A stretch of 57,930 bases of DNA, from NCBI RefSeq assembly GCF_029250625.1, contig NZ_JAQXEX010000032.1. One strand, written 5' to 3'. The DNA comes from Poseidonia sp. Lineage in GTDB: Archaea; Thermoplasmatota; Poseidoniia; Poseidoniales; Poseidoniaceae. The first letter of the stretch is position 1; each line of letters starts with the position of its first letter. A model generated the notes under the pieces. The model had not been told where the DNA came from. It was given only the letters and a program-made list of their open reading frames with translations, and did not search any database. This document shows positions 1-9,149 of the stretch, piece after piece. A program made the position numbers and the translations under genes.

Positions 1-400
1 GACCTGGTGGCTTGCTACTTCGATGTCGTCTCTTCCTATCCTGGGTCTGCAGCAGGACCCAAGGGTGGGGTTGTTCGCCCATTAAAAGGGATCGTGAGAT
101 GGGTTTAGACCGTCGTGAGACAGGTTTGTTGCTTGGTGGTAGAATCGCGTAAGGTGTCTGATGGAAGGGGTCCTTTAGTACGAGAGGAACGAGGGCTCGG
201 GGCCACTAGTTTACCAGTTGTCTGGCAAGGCAATGCTGGGTAGCCACGCCCTGAAGGATAAGAGCTGAAAGCATCTAAGCTCGAAGCCACCCCAAAGACG
301 AGACACCTCAGAACGCTCGTAAAAGACGAGATGATAGACTGCGGATGTAAGTACGAAGCTTCGGCGACGTATTCAGTCCAGCAGCACTAATGTTCGAGCA
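1..400 (+). rRNA. 23S (LSU) rRNA, 3'-terminal fragment (domain VI); 5' part lies outside the window
   Basis: Sarcin-ricin loop AGTACGAGAGGAAC (~177-190), GGGTTTAGACCGTCGTGAGACAGG, GCTGAAAGCATCTAAGC (~264-280). The 3' boundary (~400) is estimated by analogy with haloarchaeal 23S 3' ends, not mapped. Confidence 0.92.
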
Positions 401-505
401 TCTTTTTCCGTGTACGTAACCGCACCATGAGTGCCCTTCGTCTAAAAATCATGCCAATTCATTAGCGACGCTATGTCGCACCTCAGATCCAATTCGAAAA
501 GAGAT

Positions 506-627
506 GGGTGCACGGTCACAGCGAAGGTGTTTACCTGGTCCCATTCCGAACCCAGAAGTCAAGCCCTTCTGCGTCTCTCCCATTACTGTGGTACGAGAGT
601 CCACGGGAAAGGAAGTCACTGTGCCCC
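506..627 (+). rRNA. 5S rRNA
   Basis: About 120 nt, ~105 nt downstream of the 23S end. Conserved core CCCATTCCGAACCCAGAAGTCAAGCCC. Terminal helix GGGTGCA (506-512) pairs with TGTGCCC (620-626) including G-U pairs. Track ORFs 473..736 and the first 87 codons of 504..1427 overlap it and are spurious. Confidence 0.85.
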
Positions 628-672
628 TCTCTTTTCACCCCGGATCTATCCTCGACCCGTCAGGGCGCTTAA

Positions 673-706
673 GGCCGGTTCTCCTCCATGGAGACCGGCC
701 TTTTTT
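673..706 (+). terminator. GC-rich hairpin plus T6 downstream of 5S rRNA (putative rRNA operon terminator)
   Basis: GGCCGGTTCTCC (673-684) / GGAGACCGGCC (690-700) forms 11 bp with one bulged T and a 5-nt loop, followed directly by TTTTTT (701-706). Oligo-T tracts are the known archaeal termination signal. Confidence 0.45.
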
Positions 707-764
707 GCGTTCTGTCAATCAACACCATGTTTTTGAACCAAAGCACACAGAAGGAAGTAATACC

Positions 765-1427
765 ATGCCAATCGACACCGTAGACATTTTTGGAAGCGAC
801 CAAGTTGGTATTCACTTGGCCTGTGTCGGACGTGTGGTCTTCCACCCTCCTGAAATGCCAACTCCAATCCTCGAAAAAATAGAACAGGCTCTTGAGCTTG
901 AACTTCATCCCATTTCCATCGGCGGTTCCAACTTGATTGGAGCCTTGGTCTGTGGCAATCAACGCGGCATCGCCGTTGCTGATATCGCTACAGAGGGTGA
1001 TATTGACCAATTGACTGCCTTTGGGGACGTCGTGGTCATGGAAGGCGGTGTTAACACCGCTGGAAACCTCCTTGTCGCTAACGAGAACGGTGCAGTGGCA
1101 TCCCCTAGTATTCCTCACGACGGACTGGAGATTCTTGCCGAAGTCCTCGGTGTTGACATCGTGTCGACAACCGTTGCCGGACATGATGTGGTCGGAAGCC
1201 TTGCTGTGGCCAACGACCAAGGAGTCCTCCTTCATCCTGACGTTACACCAGATGAAGCCATGCTCATAGAAGGCATCCTCGGGGTACCACCAATGGTAGG
1301 AACCGTTTCATTTGGTTCTCCATACGTTGGTGCCGGTGTCTGTGCCTCCAATACAGGGGCAGTTTCTGGTACGAAAACCACTGGTCCTGAACTGAATCGT
1401 ATTGAAGATGCGCTCGGATTTTTGTGA
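765..1427 (+). CDS. eif6: Translation initiation factor 6 (aIF6/eIF6)
   Basis: 220 aa starting at MPIDTVDIFGS. Pseudo-repeated eIF6 pattern (GSNLIGALVCGNQRGIAVAD, NTAGNLLVANENGAVASP, VVGSLAVANDQGVLLHP, VGAGVCASNTGAV). The track start at 504 runs through the 5S rRNA, so the internal ATG at 765 is used. Confidence 0.9.
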   Translation: MPIDTVDIFGSDQVGIHLACVGRVVFHPPEMPTPILEKIEQALELELHPISIGGSNLIGALVCGNQRGIAVADIATEGDIDQLTAFGDVVVMEGGVNTAGNLLVANENGAVASPSIPHDGLEILAEVLGVDIVSTTVAGHDVVGSLAVANDQGVLLHPDVTPDEAMLIEGILGVPPMVGTVSFGSPYVGAGVCASNTGAVSGTKTTGPELNRIEDALGFL

Positions 1428-1484
1428 TTCAAATCCGTTTGCACCATGTGAAAGGTTCAAAGGCCGATTTCCCAACCAAATTAC

Positions 1485-2390
1485 ATGGGAGAAATGCTCT
1501 ACCAAGGAAAAGTGAAGCAAGTATGGTCAACCGATGATCCAAACATGTTGGAATTTCGATTCACCAATCAAATTTCTGTGTTTGATCAAATCATCCCCTC
1601 TCTTATTCCTCGTAAAGGAGAATCCTTGAACCGTACCACTGCCCACTGGTTTAATCTTGTTGAATCTGCAGGGATTTGTAAAACTCATTTGATTGAAGTT
1701 AATGCTGCAGACCGATGTTTGGTTCGTAAAGTCGAGGTCATCAAAGAGCCCGGGGCCATCCCTCGCGACATGGAATGGGTGTTCGTGCCTCTCGAAGTTA
1801 TTGTTCGACATTACCTTTCAGGCTCAGCTTGGAGGCGGTATGAACGTGGTGAACTCACTGCTGAGGAACTTGGCGTCTCTCCAGATTGTGAATACGGCGT
1901 TAAATTAAGCGAACCGTTCGTTGAAGTGACAACGAAATTCGAAAAGTTTGACCGAAACATTGGTCGTGATGAAGCATTGGAAATCTCCAACATTACTGAA
2001 GAAGAATACGAAGCCATCGTCAAAGCAGCACTTGCAGTTGACGAAATCATTGAACAAGAGGCCGCCAAAAATGGTCTCATTCACGTTGACGGTAAGAAAG
2101 AATTCGCTCTTGGCGATAACCGAGAGGTTGTTCTCGTTGATACCTTCGGCACACTAGATGAGGACCGTTGGTGGGATTCGGAAGCATATGCCAATGGGGA
2201 ATGCATAGAACTCTCCAAAGAATTTGTCCGCTCTCACTACATTGGAACAGGCCACCAAACCGAACTCAAAATTGCCCGTGACCAAGGAGGGGAAGAACCT
2301 CCGATTCCAGCCCTTCCGCAATCGGTAATTGACGAAACAGCTGCTCTGTATGCGTCAATGTACGAGCGACTTACTTCACAGTCGTTCTGA
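1485..2390 (+). CDS. purC: Phosphoribosylaminoimidazole-succinocarboxamide (SAICAR) synthase, long form
   Basis: LYQGKVKQVWSTDDPNMLEFRFTNQISVFD resembles E. coli PurC LYRGKAKTVYST..LVLEFRNDTSAGD. Also PLEVIVRHYLSGS and GLIHVDGKKEFAL..VVLVDTFGTLDEDRWWD. The start could instead be the ATG at 1494. Confidence 0.88.
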   Translation: MGEMLYQGKVKQVWSTDDPNMLEFRFTNQISVFDQIIPSLIPRKGESLNRTTAHWFNLVESAGICKTHLIEVNAADRCLVRKVEVIKEPGAIPRDMEWVFVPLEVIVRHYLSGSAWRRYERGELTAEELGVSPDCEYGVKLSEPFVEVTTKFEKFDRNIGRDEALEISNITEEEYEAIVKAALAVDEIIEQEAAKNGLIHVDGKKEFALGDNREVVLVDTFGTLDEDRWWDSEAYANGECIELSKEFVRSHYIGTGHQTELKIARDQGGEEPPIPALPQSVIDETAALYASMYERLTSQSF

Positions 2391-2392
2391 GT

Positions 2393-3106
2393 TTAAGCAT
2401 GGGTGCGGAACATCACACCTACATCTCTTCGTTCTGCAGACTTTAGCAGGGTCATGAAGTGCTTTGCAGCATCTGCGACACCGCCGTCCAGGGGTTCATC
2501 ATACGAAGCAGTCCAGGTCCGACTGGACAGGTTTCTTCGCAGGAGTTTCACTTCATCTGTAGTAATGAATCCCTTAATTTTCATGCCGCCAAATCCATCC
2601 TCGTAATCTCGATGTCCACGGTGTTGTTCAGTACAGTATGATGTCAATTTGGTCAAGAGGCTGACAATGGTGTCGTAGATGTCTTGCCCATCGTTTTCTG
2701 TAATCGCACGGTTGGGTCGGATGTAGGTGAGGAAATAACCGAGAAGCGAGCCGTCGTCCCATGGAAACCTTCCAAATCGCTCACGTGTCAATATTTCTCC
2801 AAGCGGTACGGGGCGTCCATCCTTTGATAGTTCAATGGTCGTGGTGAACAAGAGTGTTGCTTGATCCCAATCAATTGATGCGAGTTCATGTGGATTTTGG
2901 ATGCCCTGTGATTGGAGCCGGTCAAGAAGTACCGCTTCGTCGTTGACGAGTTTCTTCCAACTTCCTGCTGAATCCCCTTCAGTCCCTTCGAGTGAATTGA
3001 TGATTTTCTCAGCCAATGAACCATTACATGCATCAAGCGTGTAAAACGGTGAAGTGGAGGCGAGTGGGAGGTCTTCCATGGTTTCCACCCCCTGCCGAAC
3101 CGTCAT
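2393..3106 (-). CDS. Hypothetical cytoplasmic protein (237 aa), 21 nt downstream of the giant surface-protein gene
   Basis: Long ORF with no alternative on the other strand. No signal peptide or TM segment and no motif I recognise. Same strand as 3128..8881 and immediately after it. Confidence 0.5.
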   Translation of the reverse strand: MTVRQGVETMEDLPLASTSPFYTLDACNGSLAEKIINSLEGTEGDSAGSWKKLVNDEAVLLDRLQSQGIQNPHELASIDWDQATLLFTTTIELSKDGRPVPLGEILTRERFGRFPWDDGSLLGYFLTYIRPNRAITENDGQDIYDTIVSLLTKLTSYCTEQHRGHRDYEDGFGGMKIKGFITTDEVKLLRRNLSSRTWTASYDEPLDGGVADAAKHFMTLLKSAERRDVGVMFRTHA

Positions 3107-3127
3107 AAGGGCTTGGTTCCAGTTTGT

Positions 3128-6100
3128 TCAGTTCCCAAAGAACCGATTCATTCTATCTTCAAGGGGTTCACTTGGTTCCACATCTTCAGTATCGTCAAGT
3201 TCAGAGCGTAGCGATGCGAGTCGTCCGCTTGGAGACACGTCAGCAGGTTCTGGGGCCTCAAAGACTTCAATGGTACTCGGTAAGACCTCATCCTCAACTG
3301 GAATTACTTCACTCGTAACGGGCTCAATCTTCTCAAGGCTAATGTCCTCTTCTTGCTCGATGACTTCGACTTCATCCGATGAAGGGGTCGGAACTGATGA
3401 TGATGATGTTAGGTCCGGGCTACTTGTCGGTCCACTATCATGCTCGTCTTGTGGGCGTATCAACCCACCAAACCAAGCCAGGGCAAGGATCACTGAGGCG
3501 ATTCCAACGATCCAACCAGCATCGCTTGATGACACGCTCAGGATGTTTTCTGGTTGATAATATATGGATTTTGAATCGTCATCAGGATTGTCATCAATAT
3601 CAAACGGTGTAGCACATGCTATGGAAGCGGTTATTTTGTCATCCTTTCTTAAAACTCCAGGGTCTTCAATGAAAATGATTGGAGCGAAATCAGAATTTGC
3701 GACATCAACAATGTATTCAATTGACCATCCACTATCTGATTCAACAGTGAGGCGACATATCGATGCATCAAGCAATTCGTATCCAACTCGGTTGATTCCG
3801 ACCGTTATTGACCCCTCACTGCTGAACGAACTGATTCCAATGTTCCATCCGCTTTCACGAGCGGTTACCGCTTCTTCATTTTGGCTCAGTGTCCGGCCGT
3901 ATTGGTCCAAGATGACGATGGAAATGACAAACTCTCCGGGGGCAGGATCCCAATTATCAAGAGCGATGTCAATGGTACGATTACCTCCTGCAGGAACAAA
4001 CCAAGAAGATTCATCAAGAGGAATTAGTTCTCCATTTGAAGTAATTGCAGTAACTACCGCTCTCAAATCATCATCATCTCCTGCAACCAATTCACAGGTG
4101 CCAAAAATTCCATCCAATGGCTCAGTTCCTAAGTTCGTTATTGTTTGCAGGTCCAATTCACATGTTGCTGAAGCATCTGGGTAGGTCCGTGCTACAATGT
4201 AGAGGGAAAGTGTTCCCTCAGTGGTTCCGTTCGAATAATCAACGATAATCTCCCCCGAAGTTGTTGGTTGCGTGAACAGAAGACTGCCTTGTGTCTCTTC
4301 AACATCCAAACTTGATGAGTAGGCCCAATTGCCTAGACTGTGTCCATAGAGAGACACTGATCGGTCTACGCCGATGTATGCGTCAATTACAGGGGACTGA
4401 GAGAAGGATACGATGGAGCGTTCAATTTCTATGTCATGGGTCGTTGTACCAAGAAGCGGATGGTCTACATGAAGAGCCACCAAGAAGCGTTGTCCGTCCC
4501 ATTCTGATGCTGGTTGCAGGTTGAGGGGAATTCCTTTGATCTCGTTTGGGGCCAATACAAGTTGTTGACCTTGTTGTGTAGTCCATCCTTCTGGGAGCCC
4601 ACTTACGCTAAACGAGAGCAATGCGATATCGTTTCCATTGTTCTCTACCCACGCAGTTGGGTAGCCACCCTCGTCAGAAACCATCCAAAAGCTTCGATGG
4701 TCAACGGTCATGTTGGGTGCAGCACCAATTCGAACGGGTACTTCTTGAACTACGAGCCCGGATAGGTCCTCGTCTGAGATTCGAATTGAGACCATACCGA
4801 CTTCTCCAGCTACTGCGTCGGCAGGTGGCTGGACGTATACGACCAGTGTATCAGTGGCATAAGGGGACATTTCAGAATGGTCATCCGGGAGCGTGATGTT
4901 CCATCCGGCGGCTGCTTTGCTGAAGAACGGGATTTGGAACCCGTTGCCCAGGTGTTCCAACTTGAGTGTCATGTTTTGACCAGCAGGGTCAATTTCAAGT
5001 TGGGCATCAGTAAGGTTGAGTTTCCATCCAGAGGTTTGTCCAACCGTCAAGGAGACGTTCGTATGTCCGAGGACAAATCCGTTCGATTGATGTTGAATCA
5101 TGACCGTTGTTTCGGTACCCTGCCATGCTTCGTTTGGAACATGAATCGTTACGGTTCCGTTTGTTGACTGATTGATCTCCACGGTGTCGCTGGTGGACGG
5201 CAGAGCAGACCATTGGGTGTCGTCAGAGCCCATGTACTCGACAAACAAGAGGGGGCTGAGTGTGAGGGAGTCCGGAGCGTTCCCAAGATTCACACCGGTC
5301 AAATTGATGGCGACCTCATCTCCAGGGTATACAGTAAGGTTCTGTGAGTCAGTGTTTGTGACACTCCATTCCCTGCTTGGAGCAGCCTGGATCAATAAAG
5401 AGGTTGTATGAGCAATCTCAACGCCTCCGAGGGATGTCCATGTGAATTCCAACACGAAGGGGACCTGTGCAGGGATTTCTTGTGATAGGGATATGTCAAC
5501 CCGCCCGACACCGGTTGACCTTGCCCCAAGGGTTGCTTCGTAGTGGTTGCTGTCGTCACCAAAATAAGTGAAATTTACTTCAGGTGTGATCGCTTCTTGA
5601 TGGGTTCGGGTTTGGGCAGTGAGGCGGAATGTGTCTTCTCCGTTCCCTGGATTTTCGAGATAGATCAGGAACATATGTTCTTGAGTTACGTTCAGAGGAA
5701 GGACGCCACCTTGTTCTGATGGAAGTGGCTCAAGAATCGAAACGTTCGAGCGGAATACCTGCAATACCTGCAGGGATATGTTGAGTTCAAGGAGGTTGTC
5801 TTGATCATCAAATTCAATGAAGGTGTGTCGTTGAGGTACTGCATTTGGTGGAAGGAACAAAGTGACTTGGCCGCCAATGGCTTGTCCACTGGTTCCGGTT
5901 GCCTCAAGGAATGTTCCATTAATGCTCCAGTCTCCATTTGCTGACCACTGCCACTCAGTTTGCAGCATCTGGGCTTGCGCCATGTTCCATTGAATCATTC
6001 CTGTATCGGGGAGGTTTCCTTCAATTTGCCAAGATAACGTAGCATTTGGAAGCGAGCGATGGTGTGTGGGCGTAGCGGATACTTTGACTGCGGTGAAGCC

Positions 6101-8881
6101 GACCTCAAGGGATTCACAAAGGGAGTTTTCACCGCTGCCGAGGCAAAGGGTCAGGGTGGTTTCGGTTTGGGACCCCCAAGAAGCGCTACTCGGTGTGTTC
6201 AGATGGGCAAACAACTCACGGGATTCTCCTGGTTGAAGTGTGATGGAGAACAACTCATTTCCATTTCCATCGTGGAGCGAAGGGGAACCTCCCCACGAGG
6301 GAGCGGTCCACTGCAGCGATGTGGTGGTCTCCTGAGCATTTCCTAAATTCTCAACCATAAACCAAGCTTTAGCAACGGTACTGGGTCTTCCTTGGCCCAT
6401 TGTTTCGTTCACACCTGATGGGCCAGCCAAATCCAGGCCCCGTGTTCGAAACACTTCAACGGGAAGTCTGTAGGTTGCATTGATTGATGAATCGCTATCA
6501 AGTCGCAGCATAAGGTCAACGTATCCTGATTCGTCGCCCAGTGCAGAAGACGGCAGCGACGCATCAAATACAATCATGTAAGGCTGGTCCGGAATCAATT
6601 CCGGATTGAGGTTTTGCCCCCCACTCGGATCAAATGACCAACCGTCTGGGAGCGATGAAGTGTCATAAGTAAGCGTCCAAGATGCGGTCTGTGAACCAAT
6701 GGAGGTGAGTTCAATCTCGATGCTTTGAGATGCCCCGGGGTTGATTCGGGGCGTGGCCAGGGGTCCGTCAATACGTGCAACGTACGGTTCAACAACCGTA
6801 TACGTCATGGTTTCTACGTTGTTGTCTTCCCGATGTTCGCTAATGTTGCTGTTAACGTCAAGGACGAGTTCAAATTCATGAACACCCAACTCAGCAACGA
6901 ATTGTGCTGTGAAGGTGAGGGGGCCGCCTTCACCGGATGGTGAGACAGGCTCGCTTGTTGTAAACCGAACCCTATTGATTTCAACACCGTTTTGATACAG
7001 AGCGGCATCCAAGTCATCATCTGCTTCCCCAGTTCCGATATTAGAGAATTGCCCAGTGACAGTAACAGTGTCACCGGGGTCCGCCTGAGCAGGAGTGAAG
7101 GAAATGCCTCGATTGTCAGCGGATGGGGCAAAGTCTGGAGCACGATGCGACACAAGCGTGTCTCCGTAGAGAAGATCGATGTGGCCGTCTCCATCCACGT
7201 CACCTGCGGCAGGCGCAGCCCAAGTTCGGTGAGGCATGGTTAGGGATGTTGACCATTCTTCATTGATGTCGGCCGAGGCTCCCGTGTCCCCATCAAAAGC
7301 CCATAGCCTGCGACCAAAAGCAACGACGATTTCTTCAGCACCTTCATCATCAATGTTCATGCTAATTGGGGGCGATACTCCGATTTCGTCGTTATCATTT
7401 CCACTTCCACGCTGCAGGTCCCTGGTCCATTCGACAACTGGATTCTCGTCGCTGATGTCGGTACACCCAACCATGCCCTTTCGGTTGAAACTGATGGCGG
7501 ATTCTGAATACCAAGTGACCCAACACAAACGGTCTGCAACATCGTCTGCATCCGTGTCTAGAGGGAGCGGTTGGGCGTCTGCGTACCCGTTTTGAGCTCG
7601 GAAGTTGAACACTTCTTCAGTTGAGGTGATCTCCATGCCGATGAAGCGGGCTCCGTTGCCTGAACTGCGACCGTTAGCATCGGTTGGGACGGTGAGAATC
7701 ATTTCTGGGGCGGCATCGGTGTCAAGCTGGGTAATGACCGGGCCAGGGAGCCGCAAACGCGGTGCATCTGAGTCGGAGTCGGTTCCTTGGACTGCCACTC
7801 GTTCCCAATCGAGTGAGCCAGTTCCGCCGTCAATCTTCCAAATCCACATGTTGCCTGATGTGGCATCAATTGTCGTCAACAATACGGAAGTGGTTGAATC
7901 ATCAAGTTGAGCCCATACTGGGTCAGAGGGGTGGCTACCTCGGTCAAGCGTGACGCTCCAAACTGCTTCAGAAGGTTGCGAGGAAGTGAGGGTGTAGGCT
8001 TGAACTTTGACAACCGGGTTGTTGTCTGGGTCATCCACGACAGCAAGAATCAATTCAGGGGTGCCGTCGAGTTGCAAATCAGCAAGCAACGGTTGAGTGA
8101 CCGCCTGATGGTCGCTGTTTGAAGTCGCAAAATGAGGTGAAGGGGAGCCGATTCTAACGTCTGAGTCTGTGTATGACCACATGAGTTCATTTGAATGTCC
8201 GGTAGTCTGCCAGTTGGATTCTGTACAGGTTAAACGGGGTGACCACACGTCAATACTGAGTGCACCACTCGTGTCGTATACTACGATAATCTCTTGGAAT
8301 CCATCTCCGTTAATATCAGTGATAATCGGCGTTGATCGAATGGCTTCGGTAGCCCCTAGGCTGGCTTTCCATGCGATTTTAGCATCGTTGCCACTGATGA
8401 TGTGAAGGAAACTTTCTCGAACTCCTCCACTGACGGTACTGGACACGACGACCGGTGACAGTGTTCCAATACCGCATCGCTCTAGAGCTGCTTCTGTGGC
8501 GGTGATGCTCTGTGAAAAGTCGCCAAGCACAGAGCCGTAGGGGTCACTGCCTTCTTCTTCCCCGGAAAACACCTGCCAGTTCACTACTGGGTCAACAAGA
8601 CTTGCGAGTTCGGTGACGTCGCTAACATTGCCTTCCCCTGGACCGCCATCTGGGCTGTGGTTAGGTATGGTGAAGTTGTGAGTTGGAGTGTGTCCGTATT
8701 GACTCCATGGTTGTCCGTAAGGGTCCCATGATTCGCCCGTTGATGATGGGAGGACTGTTTCAGTTTCTCGTAGCGATTGCTGGGTCATTGCTGGAGATAC
8801 AACAACAGTGAGCATTAACAATGCCATGAGCAAACTTGCCCGTGCAGGGGCGTTTGACGGAGCACGGCTCGCTGACATCAT
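3128..8881 (-). CDS. Giant (1917 aa) secreted, C-terminally membrane-anchored surface protein with FG-GAP/VCBS-like repeats, a CARDB-like domain and many Ig-like modules
   Basis: N-terminal signal peptide (ARASLLMALLMLTVVVSPAMT). FG-GAP-like Ca-binding repeats (ITDINGDGFQEIIVV, NIDDEGAEEIVVAF, GDVDGDGHIDLLYGD). CARDB-like segment (DPGDTVTVTGQFSNIGTGEADD...NNVETMTYTV). One C-terminal TM helix (GWIVGIASVILALAWFGGLI) followed by a 109-aa Ser/Glu/Asp-rich tail. More than 20 N-X-S/T sequons by eye. An imperfect SD (GGCGGT) lies 5 nt upstream of the ATG. Confidence 0.85.
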   Translation of the reverse strand: MMSASRAPSNAPARASLLMALLMLTVVVSPAMTQQSLRETETVLPSSTGESWDPYGQPWSQYGHTPTHNFTIPNHSPDGGPGEGNVSDVTELASLVDPVVNWQVFSGEEEGSDPYGSVLGDFSQSITATEAALERCGIGTLSPVVVSSTVSGGVRESFLHIISGNDAKIAWKASLGATEAIRSTPIITDINGDGFQEIIVVYDTSGALSIDVWSPRLTCTESNWQTTGHSNELMWSYTDSDVRIGSPSPHFATSNSDHQAVTQPLLADLQLDGTPELILAVVDDPDNNPVVKVQAYTLTSSQPSEAVWSVTLDRGSHPSDPVWAQLDDSTTSVLLTTIDATSGNMWIWKIDGGTGSLDWERVAVQGTDSDSDAPRLRLPGPVITQLDTDAAPEMILTVPTDANGRSSGNGARFIGMEITSTEEVFNFRAQNGYADAQPLPLDTDADDVADRLCWVTWYSESAISFNRKGMVGCTDISDENPVVEWTRDLQRGSGNDNDEIGVSPPISMNIDDEGAEEIVVAFGRRLWAFDGDTGASADINEEWSTSLTMPHRTWAAPAAGDVDGDGHIDLLYGDTLVSHRAPDFAPSADNRGISFTPAQADPGDTVTVTGQFSNIGTGEADDDLDAALYQNGVEINRVRFTTSEPVSPSGEGGPLTFTAQFVAELGVHEFELVLDVNSNISEHREDNNVETMTYTVVEPYVARIDGPLATPRINPGASQSIEIELTSIGSQTASWTLTYDTSSLPDGWSFDPSGGQNLNPELIPDQPYMIVFDASLPSSALGDESGYVDLMLRLDSDSSINATYRLPVEVFRTRGLDLAGPSGVNETMGQGRPSTVAKAWFMVENLGNAQETTTSLQWTAPSWGGSPSLHDGNGNELFSITLQPGESRELFAHLNTPSSASWGSQTETTLTLCLGSGENSLCESLEVGFTAVKVSATPTHHRSLPNATLSWQIEGNLPDTGMIQWNMAQAQMLQTEWQWSANGDWSINGTFLEATGTSGQAIGGQVTLFLPPNAVPQRHTFIEFDDQDNLLELNISLQVLQVFRSNVSILEPLPSEQGGVLPLNVTQEHMFLIYLENPGNGEDTFRLTAQTRTHQEAITPEVNFTYFGDDSNHYEATLGARSTGVGRVDISLSQEIPAQVPFVLEFTWTSLGGVEIAHTTSLLIQAAPSREWSVTNTDSQNLTVYPGDEVAINLTGVNLGNAPDSLTLSPLLFVEYMGSDDTQWSALPSTSDTVEINQSTNGTVTIHVPNEAWQGTETTVMIQHQSNGFVLGHTNVSLTVGQTSGWKLNLTDAQLEIDPAGQNMTLKLEHLGNGFQIPFFSKAAAGWNITLPDDHSEMSPYATDTLVVYVQPPADAVAGEVGMVSIRISDEDLSGLVVQEVPVRIGAAPNMTVDHRSFWMVSDEGGYPTAWVENNGNDIALLSFSVSGLPEGWTTQQGQQLVLAPNEIKGIPLNLQPASEWDGQRFLVALHVDHPLLGTTTHDIEIERSIVSFSQSPVIDAYIGVDRSVSLYGHSLGNWAYSSSLDVEETQGSLLFTQPTTSGEIIVDYSNGTTEGTLSLYIVARTYPDASATCELDLQTITNLGTEPLDGIFGTCELVAGDDDDLRAVVTAITSNGELIPLDESSWFVPAGGNRTIDIALDNWDPAPGEFVISIVILDQYGRTLSQNEEAVTARESGWNIGISSFSSEGSITVGINRVGYELLDASICRLTVESDSGWSIEYIVDVANSDFAPIIFIEDPGVLRKDDKITASIACATPFDIDDNPDDDSKSIYYQPENILSVSSSDAGWIVGIASVILALAWFGGLIRPQDEHDSGPTSSPDLTSSSSVPTPSSDEVEVIEQEEDISLEKIEPVTSEVIPVEDEVLPSTIEVFEAPEPADVSPSGRLASLRSELDDTEDVEPSEPLEDRMNRFFGN

Positions 8882-9014
8882 ATATGACCGCCTTCGGGGG
8901 GTTGTTATGGGTTATGGCTCCTTGAACTGCTAAAACCCCTTTTCCTCAATGTTTCGAAGATGCCACCACAGACCCGTTTGATTCCATAAAGAGACGAAGT
9001 TCCTGCCGTTTGAA

Positions 9015-9021
9015 TTAAATA
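9015..9021 (+). promoter_or_regulatory. Putative TATA box (TTAAATA) for the rpo7-spt4-rps24e-rps27ae operon
   Basis: The only strong A/T box on the + strand in the 268-nt divergent intergenic region. It would place a TSS near ~9045, giving a ~105-nt leader before the ATG at 9150. Not verified. Confidence 0.3.
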
Positions 9022-9062
9022 GGGGTCGTCGGTGGACAGAATGACTTCGGTCGCTTTCTCTC

Positions 9063-9124
9063 CTGAGGTAACCCCGGTGAAGGACGGATTAGTCTTCATG
9101 GCTTCCGTCTTTTTCCTACCTCAG
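9063..9124 (+). promoter_or_regulatory. Nested stem-loop in the predicted 5' leader of rpo7
   Basis: Outer helix CTGAGGTA (9063-9070) / TACCTCAG (9117-9124), a perfect 8 bp. Inner helix GAAGGACGGA (9079-9088) / TCCGTCTTTT (9104-9113), 10 bp including 2 G-U pairs. 15-nt apical loop. It ends 13 nt before the SD AGAGGTGA (9137-9144). Confidence 0.4.
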
Positions 9125-9149
9125 TGGAGTCCCACAAGAGGTGAAAAAT

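Noticed and set aside
105-736. Track ORFs 105..290(-), 473..736(+) and the first 87 codons of 504..1427(+)
   Set aside because: They lie inside or across the 23S and 5S rRNA genes and the terminator hairpin. The rRNA identity is unambiguous, and the aIF6 homology only begins at the ATG at 765.
3128-3520. PGF-CTERM/archaeosortase sorting signal at the C-termini of the large surface proteins
   Set aside because: The C-terminal TM helices are followed by long acidic tails (109 aa in the giant protein) or short acidic tails. No PGF motif precedes the helix, and no archaeosortase gene is in the window.
9063-9136. Interpreting the rpo7 leader hairpin as an H/ACA guide sRNA (an ACA triplet occurs at 9134-9136)
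   Set aside because: The internal loop is strongly asymmetric (8 nt versus 3 nt), so it is not a pseudouridylation pocket. No K-turn/K-loop GA pairs are seen in the apical loop, and the ACA lies 10 nt from the stem rather than adjacent to it.
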